Part shown: piece after piece, positions 63,321 through 64,000 of the stretch
Layout of the letters: every line of letters starts with the position of its first letter
Position numbering within the stretch: the first letter of the stretch is position 1
Source: Mobula hypostoma
Taxonomy: Eukaryota
Assembly: GCF_963921235.1 (NCBI RefSeq)
Contig: NC_086109.1
Location: forward strand, 83,080,001 to 83,144,000
Length of the DNA: 64,000 nucleotides
Direction of reading: 5' to 3'
Made by a program: the position numbers and the translations under genes
Notes under the pieces: model-generated
Databases searched by the model: none
What the model was told of the DNA's origin: nothing
The model's input: the letters and a program-made list of their open reading frames with translations, nothing else

Positions 63321-64000
63321 GGGATTACATTACTTTATTCTGGATTTCTTGCAGGCATTCACAGTAGAACAAAGAGAGTCCATGATGAACTGCACACAAG
63401 GACTGTCAATGTGCAAAAGAAGACAAACTGTGCATATAAGCAACAAACAAACAATAAATAAATAATACCGAGAATATAAATTGAAGGGTAAATCTGGAAA
63501 ATTTTAGGAATCCTGACTGATGAGGCATTGGTTAGGAAAATGAATGAAGCATATATAGCACTTTGGAGATCAGGGACAAGTGAATGTAGTGAAATTTGTT
63601 TTTTTGCAGCAGCAGTTCAATGCAATACGTGATTTAAAAACCTATAAATTACAAAAAGAAACATATATATAATTAAATTAAGTAAGTAGTGCAAAAAGAG
63701 GTCAAAAATATAGCGAGGAAGTGTGCATGGTGTCATTGTCCATTCTGAAATCTAATGGCAGTGGGGAAGAAGCTGTTCCTTAAAAATTGAGTGTGTGTCT
63801 TCAGGCACCTGTACCTCCTTCTTGATGGTAGCAATGAGTGATGGGGTCCTTAATTATGGGTGCCACCTCTTTGAGGCATTGTCTTTTGAAGAAGTCCTTG
63901 AAGTTTCACTATTTATTGTTATGTTTATTATTTAGTGTTGCATTTGTTATGTTAGGATTGCACTGCTCCTGAGAAATGCTGTCTCATTCTGCCCTGCAGA

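Overview
Repeat-rich vertebrate genomic DNA; the TE mix (Neptune-type Penelope, CR1, Rex1, Buster hAT, Harbinger, Tc1) resembles a cartilaginous fish, probably a ray (inference). The window holds a tandem cluster of minus-strand UDP-glucuronosyltransferase genes, each with a single coding exon and UGT5-type motifs. There are two intact 537-aa genes (15983-17596, 50561-52174; about 94% aa identity by manual alignment) and one full-length copy with three in-frame stops (34166-35779). There are also two 5'-truncated pseudogenes and three N-terminal fragments. The cluster was built by nested duplications. The youngest repeat (1-23796 vs 36053-62654) has its junction inside a solo LTR, consistent with LTR-LTR recombination. 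Copy-specific ~200-bp palindromic Penelope pLTR insertions carry 13-14-bp TSDs and minimal hammerhead-ribozyme motifs. A multi-layer nest of DNA transposons lies upstream of both intact genes. No prokaryotic features, tRNA, rRNA or CRISPR were seen. TE boundaries without a stated TSD/TIR are approximate.
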